A stretch of 64,000 nucleotides of DNA. It comes from Octopus vulgaris (lineage: Eukaryota). Shown in pieces: positions 26,138-38,134 of the stretch. Within the stretch, counting starts at the first letter, position 1. Each line of letters opens with the position of its first letter. The stretch covers positions 79,856,001-79,920,000 of the forward strand of contig OX597830.1 of NCBI GenBank assembly GCA_951406725.2, read 5' to 3'. The notes under the pieces are model-generated. The model saw only the letters and a list, made by a program, of their open reading frames with translations, had not been told where the DNA came from and ran no database searches. The translations under genes were made by a program, and so were the position numbers.

Positions 26138-26330
26138 GTATGTGTGTATGTATGTATATGTGTATATATATATCATATGTATATGTGGGTATGTATGTAT
26201 CGGGATGTACAGATATATGTGAATATGTGCTTTTTTACGTGCCACCTGTATATATGTGTATGTATATATATATATATATATATATATGTAGATATGTACA
26301 AGTGAGAGTCTCCTTACTTACCTAAACTCT
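22321..26330. repeat. (TA/TG)-rich microsatellite field with three copies of a complex unit
   Basis: The unique anchors 'tgtgtttatgtatatgta..gtagagtt', 'gggtaactgca' and 'ggaggcgcgtg' recur in units starting at ~22785, ~24527 and ~25100. Confidence 0.85.
23950..24522 (-). mobile_element. CR1-like LINE 3' fragment
   Basis: The minus strand reads DSLKLRRLATDLVNTHKVIN...SNTRGH...FFTLRVAEAWNKL, typical of the CR1 ORF2 C-terminus. An (ATT)n tail follows. Confidence 0.8.
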
Positions 26331-26521
26331 ATTTTTCTATTTATTTTTTTATTCTTTTATTTTATTTTATTTATTCTTTTATCTACTTTACCACTGATTC
26401 CTTTGACCACTCCCCTAATAATGACATGTTTTTGCGCCATGCCTACCCCCCAAAAAGTCCCCCACCACCACCCATTTAAACCTGCCTAAATGTATAAATG
26501 CCAAAACAACTCTTGTCTACT

Positions 26522-26572
26522 AGCTTCCTGATGATTTCTTTTGAATGAAACAGTTCTAGTCCTGTAGAAGCT
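26522..26572 (+). ncRNA. Type I hammerhead ribozyme motif (stem II weakened)
   Basis: agcttc-CTGATGA-t ttc tttt gaa t-GAAA-cag ttctagtc ctg-TA-gaagct. Stem I has 6 bp, the core is intact, and stem III leads to a GUA cleavage triplet (after 26566). The stem II closing pair is U-U rather than G-C. Confidence 0.7.
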
Positions 26573-26701
26573 CCTTCTTATATAATAAATTAATTTACTC
26601 TGCTATGTATTGAGTACCTTATTTACTGTGGTTAACCCCGACTCAACCCGGGACCTACATATATATATATATATCTATATATATATTAATATGTGTGTGT
26701 T

Positions 26702-26754
<53 letters not shown>

Positions 26755-27769
26755 GGCCTATATGCTTATGCCAATAAGTGATGATGTATATATATATATG
26801 TATATGTGTATGTGTATATATGTGTATGTATGTGTATATATTAATATGGTTATTTATAGTCTTATGTGAGTGTTTTGAGTTATGTATGTGTATGCGTGTA
26901 TGTGAATATATGTATGCGTGTGCGTATGTGTATGTGTGTACGTCTGAGGCTCTTGTGCTGGTGCATGTTACTATAGAGTGATTATAGGAAGGACATCAGC
27001 TGTAGAAACATTGCAAAATCAGATCCCTGGTGAGCCAATGGTGACATCAGTAAGATAAAAATAAAACAGACGTTAAAAATATGATGATGATGATATATTC
27101 CTTATGGATAATGATGAGTAATAATGTGAAATAAATATTTGTCTCAAAGAATACAATGCATTGTGTATGAATGTGCCATGTATATGTATGTGTATATAAG
27201 CCATGATATACATATTATAAGGTGTATGTATATTGATGTGTACAAAATGCATGCGGTATTTTTGTATGTATGTGTATATATATGAGTATATATATTACCG
27301 ATATATATATGTATATGTATGTGTATGTATGTATATATATATTATGTATATTGATGTATAACATAATTCCTTTGTCTGGTATGTGGTTTGTTTATGTGTA
27401 TATATATATATATATATTCTGTATGACACACACATATGCATACATACATATATAAAACAAGGGAAGCACACACTAATAGTGGTTTTATATCCAGCTGTAG
27501 AAACTCTGCCAGATCAAGATTCCTGGTGTAGCCATCTGGTTCGCCAGCTAGTCAAAATATCCAAATTATAAAGCGGACTCAAAGCCTTGTGAGTGATTTG
27601 GTAATGAAATGTAGAAGCCTGTATATAATTACATTTATATTATGCGTGTGTGTGTATTGTGCATTGCTGTATGTGGTGTGTTAGTCCCCGTTACTAACGG
27701 GGACCATAGAATAAGTATTTATCTATAAAGAATAAGTCTTTTGTGTGTGTGTGTATATATATAGAAAGA

Positions 27770-30700
27770 GTAGCACAAGGCCAGTAATTTATGATGAGTG
27801 ATTAAGTCGAATACATCGACCTCAGTACATGACTGGTACTTATTTTATCGACCCTGAAAGGAATAAAAAAAGTCAGTACATGAAAAGTGAAAGGAATAAA
27901 AGGCAAGTCGACCATGGCGAAATTTGAACTCAGAACGTAAAAACGAACGAAATGCCGCTAAGCATTTCGTCCGGCGTGCTAACGATTTTGTTAGCTCGCC
28001 CGCCTTTAAATATACGCCGGATAAAATGATTAACAGTATTTCGTCTGTCTTTATGTTCCAAGTTCAGATTCCACCGAGGATGACTTTGCTTTTCATCCCT
28101 TCGGGGTCGCTAAAATAAGTACCAGTTGAGTACTGGAGTCAGTGTAATAGACTTAACTACTCCATCGAATTGCTGGCCTTGTGCGAAAAATCTGAAACCA
28201 AAATTTATATATTTAAAGGCGGCAAGTAGGTAAAATCGTTATGGCGCCGGGGAAAATGCTTAGCGACGTTTCTTCAGACTTTGCGTTCTGAGTTCAAAGA
28301 CCGTCGGGATCGGCTTTGCTTTTCATCCTTTCGGGGTCGATAAAATAAACACGAGTTGAACACTGTAGTCGATGTAACTGGCCTTGTGCCAAAATTTAGA
28401 AGCCAATATATATATTCTTGTCAAGTGCGAGGTCCTTCGTAAAGAATGATTCAGAAAACGAGTCTCTTATAATAATATTTGCTTTTCAGAAAACGATTAT
28501 AATAATATTTCTTTTATTACAAATGATCTCGACATTCTTTTCACTTTACATAAAATATTCTTTACATTTACGGAGATGTATTTGCATAGCAAGTGACTTG
28601 ATCTGAGATCGTGTGCTAAAACAAAAAAAACAATTGCAGCTTGGAAGATATTTGTAAGCCATCCAAGAACACACAAAAACCGTTAATTTAATTTTCATTT
28701 GTGTCAAAATATTTTCTTCGTCTTGAAAACCACGACCTGTTTGTTCACTGACAAAACTTGGTGCTTATTGCCATTTATTTACAGTATTATATATTTTATA
28801 GATGAAATATTTTTCTGGGAACGAATTACAGGTTTATAACATTGCTACTATGGAAAATTATTGCTCTGCTTTACGAGTTTTTGTTTTTAGGAGCGGTTTC
28901 CGAGTACAAATTAACTCGTATATCGAGGCCTTACTATATTTAAAAATTATTCTTTGCATAATTTTGTAGGAAAAGCAATTAAAGGGAAACAACTCTTGTC
29001 AACCTGTTCCTGCTCATAAGAGATTCGCAATATTAATTTTTGGCTTCGTTCTAACAATTCTTCAACTTTCTTTAGATGTGTTTGGTTAGTGGAGACAAAA
29101 TTAAATTTCTTTACACCAATCAAGTCGGGAAAATTTAGAAAAAAAAAAAAGAAAAGAGAAATTAAGAATTATGAGGAAAATAACACGCTTAATAATAATA
29201 ATAATATATTCTTAATATTCGTTTCAAATTTTAGCACAAGACCAGTAATTTATGATGAGTGAATAAGTCGAATACATCGACCTCAGTACATGACTGGTAC
29301 TTATTTTATCGACCCTGAAAGGAATAAAAGGCAAAGTCGACCTTGGCGAAATTTGAACTCAGAACGTAAAAACGAACGAAATGCCGCTAAGTATTTCGTC
29401 CGGCGTGCTAACGATTTTGTTAGCTCGCCCGCTTTTAAATATACGCCGGATAAAATGATTAACAGTATTTCGTCTGTCTTTATGTTCCAAGTTCAGATTC
29501 CACCGAGGATGACTTTGCTTTTCATCCCTTCGGGGTCGCTAAAATAAGTACCAGTTGAGTACTGGAGTCAGTGTAATAGACTTAACTACTCCATCGAAAT
29601 GCTGGCCTTGTACGAAAATCTGAAACCAAAATTTATATATTTAAAGGCGGCAAGTAGGTAAAATCGTTATGGCGCCGAGGAAAATGCTTAGCGACGTTTC
29701 TTCCGACTTTGCGTTCTGAGTTCAAAGACCGTCGTGGTCGGCTTTGCCTTTCATCCTTTCGGGGTCGATAAAATAAACACGAGTTGAACACTGTAGTCGA
29801 TGTAACTGGCCTTGTGCCAAAATTTGAAGCCAATATATATATTCTTGCTGGCGAATAGTTTTGCGAACATATTCCACGGTCCTTCGTAAAATTATGAATG
29901 ATTCATTAAAGCGAGTCTCTGTCTCGTTTCTTCGTTGTCGACTCCGCTGATATCTGAGAGTCTACAAGTGATGGTGTGCGCGAGTCTAGTGCGAGTAAAA
30001 GTGATTCAGAAAACGATTATAATAATATTTTTTTATTACAAATGATCTCGACATTCTTTTCACTTTACATAAAATATTCTTTACATTTACGGAGATGTAT
30101 TTGCATAGCAAGTGACTTGATCTGAGATCGTGTGCTAAAACAAAAAAACAATTGCAGCTTGGAAGATATTTGTAAGCCACCCAAGAACACACAAAAACCG
30201 TTAATTTAATTTTCATTCGTGTCAAAATATTTTCTTCGTCTTGAAAACCACGACCTGTTTGTTCACTGACAAAACTTGGTGCTTATTGCCATTTATTGAC
30301 GAGTATTATATATTTTATAGAGAAAATATTTTTCTGGGAACGAATTACGGTTTATAACATTGCTACTATGGAAAATTATTGCTCTGCTTTACGAGTTTTT
30401 GTTTTAGGAGCGGTTTCCGAGTACAAATTAACTCGTATATCGAGGCCTTACTATATTTAAAAATTATTCTTTGCATAATTTTGTAGGAAAAGCAATTAAA
30501 GGGAAACAACTCTTGTCAACCTGTTCCTGCTCTTAAGAGATTCGCAATATTAATTTTTGGCTTCGTTCTAACAATTCTTCAACTTTCTTTAGATGTGTTT
30601 GGTTAGTGGAGACAAAATTAAATTTCTTTACACCAATCAAGTCGGGAAAATTAAGAAAAAAAAAAAGAAAAGAGAAATTAAGAATTATGAGGGAAAATAA

Positions 30701-31098
30701 CACGCTTAATAATAATAATAATATATATCCTAATATTCGTTTCAAATTTTAGCACAAGGCCAATAATTTATGATGAGTGAATAAGTCGAATACATCGACC
30801 TCAGTACATGACTGGTACTTATTTTATCGACCCTGAAAGGAATAAAAGGCAAAGTCGACCTTGGCGAAATTTGAACTCAGAACGTAAAAACGAACGAAAT
30901 GCCGCTAAGCATTTCGTCCGGCGTGCTAACGATTTTGTTAGCTCGCCCGCTTTTAAATATACGCCAGACAAAATGATTAACAGTATTTCGTCTGTCTTTA
31001 TGTTCCGAGTTCAAATTCCACCGGGGTCGACTTTGCTTTTCATCCCTTCGGGGTCGCTAAAATAAGTACCAGTTGAGTACTGGAGCCAATGTAATAGA
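27770..31098 (-). repeat. Inverted tandem array of the same 1.52 kb unit (~2.2 copies)
   Basis: Reverse complement of the units in 1-5089. The mirror ORFs lie at 27924, 29290 and 30808. The first copy is locally garbled (~27870, ~28420-28490). Confidence 0.95.
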
Positions 31099-31100
31099 AA

Positions 31101-31200
31101 ACTAATAAGAAGAGTACAGTAGGCGGTGGAAAAAGCCAGCTTCTATCTATGGCTGAAGCGGGAAGACCGAAAATGGCTTGAAAGTCATAACATGCCGGCA
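31101..31200 (+). mobile_element. Extreme 3' fragment of a restriction-like-endonuclease LINE (HERO/NeSL-like)
   Basis: Reads LIRRVQ*AVEKASFYLWLKREDRKW, similar to the C-terminal 'AEKASxWLWLKR' motif of such elements. Confidence 0.5.
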
Positions 31201-32072
31201 GGAAATAACATCACTAGGCGAGACAAGCTGACACTGAATCAGCTTCGCTGAATGACAGGTGACGGTCGTTTAGAGAATGCGAGGGCTAAGACTACGTTCC
31301 TTCACTAGTCAGTTAAGGTGAGACAGTATCACGCGACAACTTGCTGGGGCTGCAAGCTGGAGACTGGCGGCAGGTATTTAAAGGGGAAAATTTGACAAGT
31401 TAGTCAGTGACCGGCTGGCACTCGCTGACGATACATCGAAGAGGCCAGGAAACAAAAGAAAGGAGACACCTTCCGAAAGGGGCCGGGCCCCTCCACGTCA
31501 AAACAGTAGAGGAGTAGGGGCCGAAACCGGACGTGGTTCCTCCTGATGATGTCTTGAGCTAACTGGATCCTATAAAGGAGCTGTTGTGGTAGCAGACAAC
31601 GAAACACGGTTGTAATTCCCCCCACAAACACACACTTCCCACAAAATGTACACACGCACCAACACACATAGCATACACCCCTTCAAAATATATACACACA
31701 CCAACTCACATAGCACCCCACCCCAAATAATATACACACAGACCAACTCACATAGCACACACTCCCACATAATACACACACACACGCAAACAATATAGAA
31801 ACACAGCAACACACATACCATAAACACCTCCACAAAATATACACATTAACCAACAAACAGAGCATACACACTCACATAATATGCACACAACGGACGCACA
31901 TAGCATACACACACACAAACTGTACACGCATACCAATACACATAACAAACATACACACCTAAAATACATACACACCAACAAACAGAGCATATAATCTCAT
32001 ATAATATGCACACATAGCACCCCCCACCCATACACAATATGCACACAGACCAACATACATTCATACAGCCCC

Positions 32073-33185
32073 TCATGATATGATGGAAGTCTGTTGGGGT
32101 TTGACAGTGACATCAGTGACGCCAGAGGTGAGAGCGGAACCCAAAGGCGGACGCGCAGACGTGGCCACATGTTGGGCACGTAACAGCAGAAGTAGGATTG
32201 GAGATCCTCTCTTTTCGGGCTTGTCGCTTCTGGTCCAGGCTCTTGAGGCGCTTTTCCTCGAGCAGCCTAACACCCTTTTGGACAGCTGGACGCCAGGTGC
32301 TGCGGTCAGAGGCAAGCGATTCTTAGCCACGAGCTGAAATGCCGCAGGCCTCAAGGGAAGTTTTCAGACTGTCCTTGTATCGCCCCAGTGGCCTTCCAGG
32401 GTTTCTTACTCCAGAAGCCAGCTCAGAGAAGAAGATCATCTTTGGTAGATGCGCGTCGTCCATTCGGACTACATGTCCGACCCACCGGAGTTGGGCCTTC
32501 ATGATGAGGGCTTCGATACCGGGCATTTAGGCTCTGCAAAGCACCTCAGTGTTGGAGACTCTGTCCTCCCAGGAAATTCACATGATTCGTCGCAAGCAGC
32601 AGAGATGGAACTAGTCAAGTACTCGCATTTGCCTCCTATACAGCATCCATGTCCCACAGTCGTAGAGCAGAGAGGTGATGACGACTGCCGTATAGACTGC
32701 CAGCTTGGTGGAAAGTCTAACGCTTCGTTCGGCCCACACACATGTCCAAAGTCTGCCAAACGAAGCTCCTGCTTTTGCAAGCCTCATGGAGACATGTTTG
32801 TCCATGCTGCAGCTTGAGGACAGACAGCTTCCCAGGTATGTAAAGCTCTCCACGTTGTTCAGGGTTGTGCCCTCAATCTAATCTGAGACTCAGGAGGTGT
32901 CATGCCAGGTGCAGGCTGAAGCATCATTTCAGTGTTTCGCAGGCTAAAGGTCAGTCCGAAGGCTTTTGCTGCTTCTGCGAGACAAGTGTCAAGTTCTTGC
33001 AGCAGGTCTGGTTCATTCAATGCTGCAAGCGCACAATCGTCTGCAAACAGGAAGTCTCTCACTACGGCGCCCAGGACTTTGGTTTTTGCCTTCAGACGTC
33101 TGAGGTCAAAGAATCGGCCGTCACATCTGTAGCGAATAGTGACACCAGCATCAGACTTTGATAGGGCGCGGAAGAGCATGGCTCT
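32073..33185 (-). mobile_element. RTE-clade LINE 3' half (RT C-terminal), frameshifted
   Basis: IRYRCDGRFFDLRRLKAKTKV..RDFLFADDCAL, ESFTYLGS and QLRWVGHVVRMDDAHLPK. Confidence 0.92.
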
Positions 33186-33186
33186 C

Positions 33187-34620
33187 GAGTGCTACAGGTA
33201 CCATGTAGCCCAGTACCACACGTTCCATGGTCGGGTCGTCGGCGACTAAACTGCCAACTCCACCAGGCTTGCTTGGTAAGGTCGGTGCTTGTTGAACACC
33301 CTACGGGACAAAAAAGTAAGACCTGTAAAAGAGTGGAGGAACTACAACGTAGTCAACGGCCATTCAACTATGTGTGTTTGTGGGGTGTTTGTGTGTGTGT
33401 TGAATTTTGGACTCCCTGTGTGTATGTATTGTATATACTGAGTTCTTTCTTTTTTAAATTGTATATATCGTTTAGGCAGTGGGCAGGTCCTTCTGGTCCT
33501 GTACGGGTAGTGAGACGTTCCCGCTCTCCAAGAGTCTCCTGCTGCCTTGCGGGTAGGTTTTGTTGGTTAATCAAAGGCTAGGGAGTAAACCGTATCCAAA
33601 GCCGAAGTGGCGCCCCTAAGGCGGTTAGGTAATGAAGTCCATCATCTCCAGCAGCGCCTGCAGTCCAGTCGTGGCTAGGATGTATCGTCCTGCGTCCCTC
33701 CTGGCTAGATCAGCTGGACCGAGAGAGGGGTGGGGTGGGCTTGCGCAACTCAAGGCCTCCACAGTTCCCTTGTCCAGGATTCAGTGACTCCACCTCCTCT
33801 ACTTCTTCTTCTTCCAAGTCCTGAGGCGATGGGCGCGTGGTGGTTGTGGCAGGTGCAGGATAGCGCTGGGAGCTGCTAGCCATGTACCTACACTCGGGTT
33901 GTCGTTCTGCAACCTACTGGGGCAAGGGCATAGTTCGGCAGCCACTCTGACGACGGAGCAGCCCTCTTCAGGGATATCACTGCTCGCCCCCTTAGGGGGA
34001 AGGGTCTAGAAAAGGTGACCTAAAGAAAGCTTGCCTCATCTCATCCTTCCAGCATACCGCCGCTAACTGGTCATATACCACTCGGTCGAAACATGAAAGA
34101 AATACGAAAGATGAATCCAAAATCTTCCCGCCCGAAAAGTACTTTATGTGTTGGAGCCTGGAGCATCAGGACACACATGGACAACCAAAACTGTGACAGA
34201 CCAGAACGTCGAACAGTACTTGTGGGTTGTGAACTGCAGAGATACAGCATTGATGTTGCTGCCCTCAGCGAGACACGCCTCGCCGTCACGGGGGAGATCA
34301 CCGAGGCTGGGGCTAGATACACTTTCTTTTGGTCAAGGAAGGCAGCGGATGAACGCAGGGAAGTAAGAGTTGGCTTTTCCATTCGCACCGCCCTCGTCAA
34401 GAACATGGAATCCCTCTCAAGAGGAATCAGCGATCGCCTGATGGTGATGAGAACTCCTCTCCAAGGCAAGATGCACCTGACACTCATCAGTGCTTAAGCT
34501 CCAACTGCGACCTACACTCTGGAGCAGAGAGAATTGTTCTATCAGAACCTCACCAAAGTGCTACGGTCAGTTCCTAAAGAATAGCAAGCTGCTGATACTC
34601 GGGGACTTCAATGCCCGTGT
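33187..34620 (+). mobile_element. RTE-clade LINE 5' UTR plus APE endonuclease N-terminus
   Basis: ORF 34093 reads GAWSIRT..RPERRT..IDVAALSETR..YTFFWS, followed by LILGDFNARV. The 5' leader is shared with 38135 and 50075. Confidence 0.9.
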
Positions 34621-35340
34621 AATGTCAACATCTTCAGCTGAGAATATATCTTTAAGTGCAAGACGGATTTTACCAATTACTTTCAGGTTTTGGTTAGAGT
34701 TGTGAATTTGCGGGAGAGTGTCACGCTCATTCATACCAGTTTCTTTAATTTTCAGCCATTCTATCAGGATTTCATTGCTTAGATCCTCCAGTTCAGTTGG
34801 GGCAATTTCTGTGCGACTTTCTTCATCTATTTGATTTTCATCTGCCTTGGTGTTTATGCTTGGTTTAGAGAGTATTTCACTTTGCTTATAAGTTACATTG
34901 ACTCTTATTATCATTACCGCATTTTCATCAGACCTGGGTTAGTCTGTAATTATTTCCACAGTAGTATCTTCTTTACCTGCATCTTCGTTTCTTCTGACGT
35001 TGGCAAGGTTGTTACTATATAAGATCTTACTTCAAGATGCTCCTCTCTTCAGTTTAGGTAGGTTTGTTCAGTATTAGATCTATCTCCCAATGACCATTTT
35101 TCATTCTTTTTCTTTTGGTTATTTGATGACGAGCTTGGATGGCCATTTGATGGAATATTCCGGTTGTGGGGCACTTCGAGCTCCTGCGTCATGGAAAGAT
35201 TTGAACCAGTATCTGATTTTTCACACCCAGTCTGGTCCCTCACTGGCGTGCGCGGCCCATGTTGACTCTGGTGACGAACGATCCGGTGTGTATATTGCTT
35301 TGTTATCTTTGAGGCATGATGCGTTTGGACGTTAATATTA
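34621..35340 (-). mobile_element. Probable R4/Dong-like LINE 5' fragment
   Basis: The minus-strand coding-like remnant LIEWLKIKETGMNERDTLPQI abuts and truncates the RTE. The family assignment is by resemblance only. Confidence 0.4.
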
Positions 35341-36004
35341 AGGTAGGATCTGTTTGTTTTGCGTTAACATTTTGAGACAACATGTTCTCTGAATGAAAGC
35401 ATTGCTCGTAACATCGCTTTTAAAGGCAAACAGATCTGTATTCGTCTGTATGTTTTCGTTGTTGTTGACAGATTTATCTCCGGGCATAGTTTCGTTGCAG
35501 TTATTTAAAACTTATGAATTATTCACTCTGTGTTAGTTCGAAGAAAATTGTATTCTTATAGTTTTGTTTCGTTTGCGACACGTGCTGTCATATACTTGTA
35601 TGTGTGTCCTGTAAATTTCACGTAGTTGTGTAAACATTGGGTGTATGTGTAGTCCTATGGGTATTAATATATGAATGCATAGACATCCGAGTGTATGCAT
35701 AATTAAATCAATTTATGAATTTACTGTTTTCTTCCTCTTATATTTTATAATTTGTAAAGTTTTCGACGTTGATTTCGCGCGTGTCTTTCGCACATCTTTC
35801 ACTGAGACATCGTACATGGGAGAAACTGTTTTCCTATGGCAGTAAAATTTCGCTTTTTGTGATTATTTTCGTTATAATGCCGTTTCCTGCAAGTCTTCCG
35901 CGGGTTCCTTTTTCCTATTACACTGGTGTTATTAGATTAGATTTGTATTTGTATGGAGAGTCCCGTGTAACACGCCCATATTGTTATTCAGCGCGGAGCT
36001 GACA

Positions 36005-36291
36005 TCTTCTTCTTCTTCTTCTTCTTCTTCTTCTTCTTCTTCTTCTTCTTCTTCTTCTTCTTGTTCTTGTTCTTGTTCTTTTCTTCTTCTTCTTCTTCTT
36101 TTCTTCTTCTTCTTCTTCTTCTTCTTCTTCTTCTTCTTCTTCTTCTTCTTCTTCTTCTTCTTCTTCTTCTTCTTCTTCTTCTTCTTCTTCTTCTTCTTCT
36201 TCTTCTTTTTTTTTTCTTCTTCTTCTTCTTCTTCTTCTTCTTCTTCTTCTTCTTCTTCTTCTTCTTCTTCTTCTTCTTCTTCTTCTTCTTC
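36005..36291. repeat. (TTC)n microsatellite
   Basis: Direct reading. Confidence 0.98.
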
Positions 36292-36415
36292 TAGTCAAGA
36301 GGAAGAGCGCGATGCGACTGCAGTCGATATTTTATTGGTTGAACGATATTTCGACAGATAGCTTGTCTTTGTCGAGTTCAGAATGAAAAGTGATAAAATC
36401 TCAAAATTATAGAAA

Positions 36416-37620
36416 CTAGCTGAACCACCGCCCTCCAGTCGGTCGATTCAGTTACTTACATATCTACACTCCTGTTTGTAGTTTGAAAGTAAAATGTGAA
36501 ACCTACTATAATTTTCTTATAGAATTTCCTAATAGACATCTTTGTCAGTGTATATTCCATTCATACCCTTATACTTTGAGTCCAAAGCCAATATATGCTC
36601 ATTGTTCCCAGAACCGATTCTGCTGTTGGCAACATAGCACTGGCCATGGATGAACATAGGTGTTGGCGGGTAAATTCCAACTGTTTCTTAAGTCTGACCT
36701 TGGGATTTGTCCTTTCAAAAGCCAGTTTCAGAGGAAACTGCTTCCTGGAAAATGAGAACGGATAGTCTTCAGTGGTGGTCAGTGGAATTCGTGGTATCAT
36801 TATTCGGATTCCAGCATGTGTCCCATCGGCCACATCTGCTTCAATAAGGTGGTTGTGCAAATTCACGACCATATATCTTGTTCCGTTACAGTGACCTCCT
36901 GCTGGATCAAGGTTTCTGAGCAGCATAATTGAAGAGTGCTTCTTCAAAACCAAAATGTATGGTGGAAATCCTGATGAGTTGAGATCATTGATCAGTTCCG
37001 GCGGGAACTCAGTCTCGTTTTCGTATAAAGTATCACAGCTTTGATAAGTTCTACTATATCCTTGTAGAAGTTTTGACATGACAACTTTATTACTTTTTCA
37101 GCAGCCTTGTTTGTAGGAATAATGATGGCTCTGCTGCTTATCCATAGACCCTCTCTATATTTATTCTCAATAGCCCTGAAGACCACTTCACAAAGATCCT
37201 GTAGCCTTGTAGAGTCAATCAAATGCGGTGGGGCTATAGATTTTTTGTATTCACAAATTTCTTTATTGAGAGAAAATGTTCTATTCCCCAGCTGGTCAAG
37301 ATAGGGTGCGAAAGTAGTGTCAACACCGCAAGAATTTCGGACTCTCATATTGACAGACAACTGAAAGCTTTGGACATGGTTCCAAATGTATGACTGTTTT
37401 AATATGGCATGAACAATCTGGACTCTGTAACCTCTTTGCACCAAGCGCAAGATCTGCTTCCATTCTCCAGAAAACAAAACAGTCAGACCGCCAAACAGCT
37501 TATCTGGTTGTTGTCAAACTTCTCTAGGACTGCGATCAACACAATCATAGACATGCCTCTGGCCCATTGTAACCTCGTCAATTACCTCTGGAATCACTTA
37601 TTTTCATATGGCACATAAAT
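36416..37620 (-). mobile_element. Helitron 3' part with decayed PIF1-like helicase
   Basis: FGGLTVLFSGEWKQIL, LLRNLDPAGGHCNGTRY and RKQFPLKLAF. The minus-strand 3' end has a GC-rich hairpin followed by CTAG|T at 36419-36416. Confidence 0.9.
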
Positions 37621-37669
37621 TCTTCTGTAATTCGCAATGGAATACTGCATCTGGATTTGAACTCTAGCT

Positions 37670-38134
37670 TTATCTAGTGTGATGCTGCTACTCTTAAGTA
37701 GATCCCATCTTTTCAAGGTTGCTTTGGCACATTTTTCTAAGCCAAATTTCATATTTATTTGTTTGGTAAATCCATGTACTGTCTGTAGTATTGATTCCAG
37801 GTGTTTATCATTTGTAGTCTACAGTTTTAGGTCATCCATACATAAGAGGCGGCTGATTGCTTTGCCGTAACAGTCGTATCCGCTTTCAGTTCTGTCAGAT
37901 AAAGGTGTCAGTGTGAAACATATAAGGAGTGGAGAGAGCGTGTCTCCCTGGAATATTCCTCTTCTAATGGGGATGGCTTTGGTTTTTATGAATCCCTCTT
38001 TTGTTTGGAGCTGTAGCAAGGTCTGCCATTTATTTATGGAATGTGTTATACATTTTATGATTATTAGTGCCACCTTGTTCATGGCTAGTGTTTCTAGGAT
38101 CCATGTGTGGAGAATGCTATCAAACACCTTTCGG
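37670..38134 (-). mobile_element. R4/Dong-like LINE RT fragment
   Basis: IRRGIFQGDTLSPL and LCMDDLKL. Homologous to the element starting at 44668. Confidence 0.85.

Noticed and set aside
22407-26325. Many long ORFs rich in YI/VC/HT dipeptides
   Set aside because: They are translations of (TA)n/(TG)n microsatellites, as are similar ORFs across the window.
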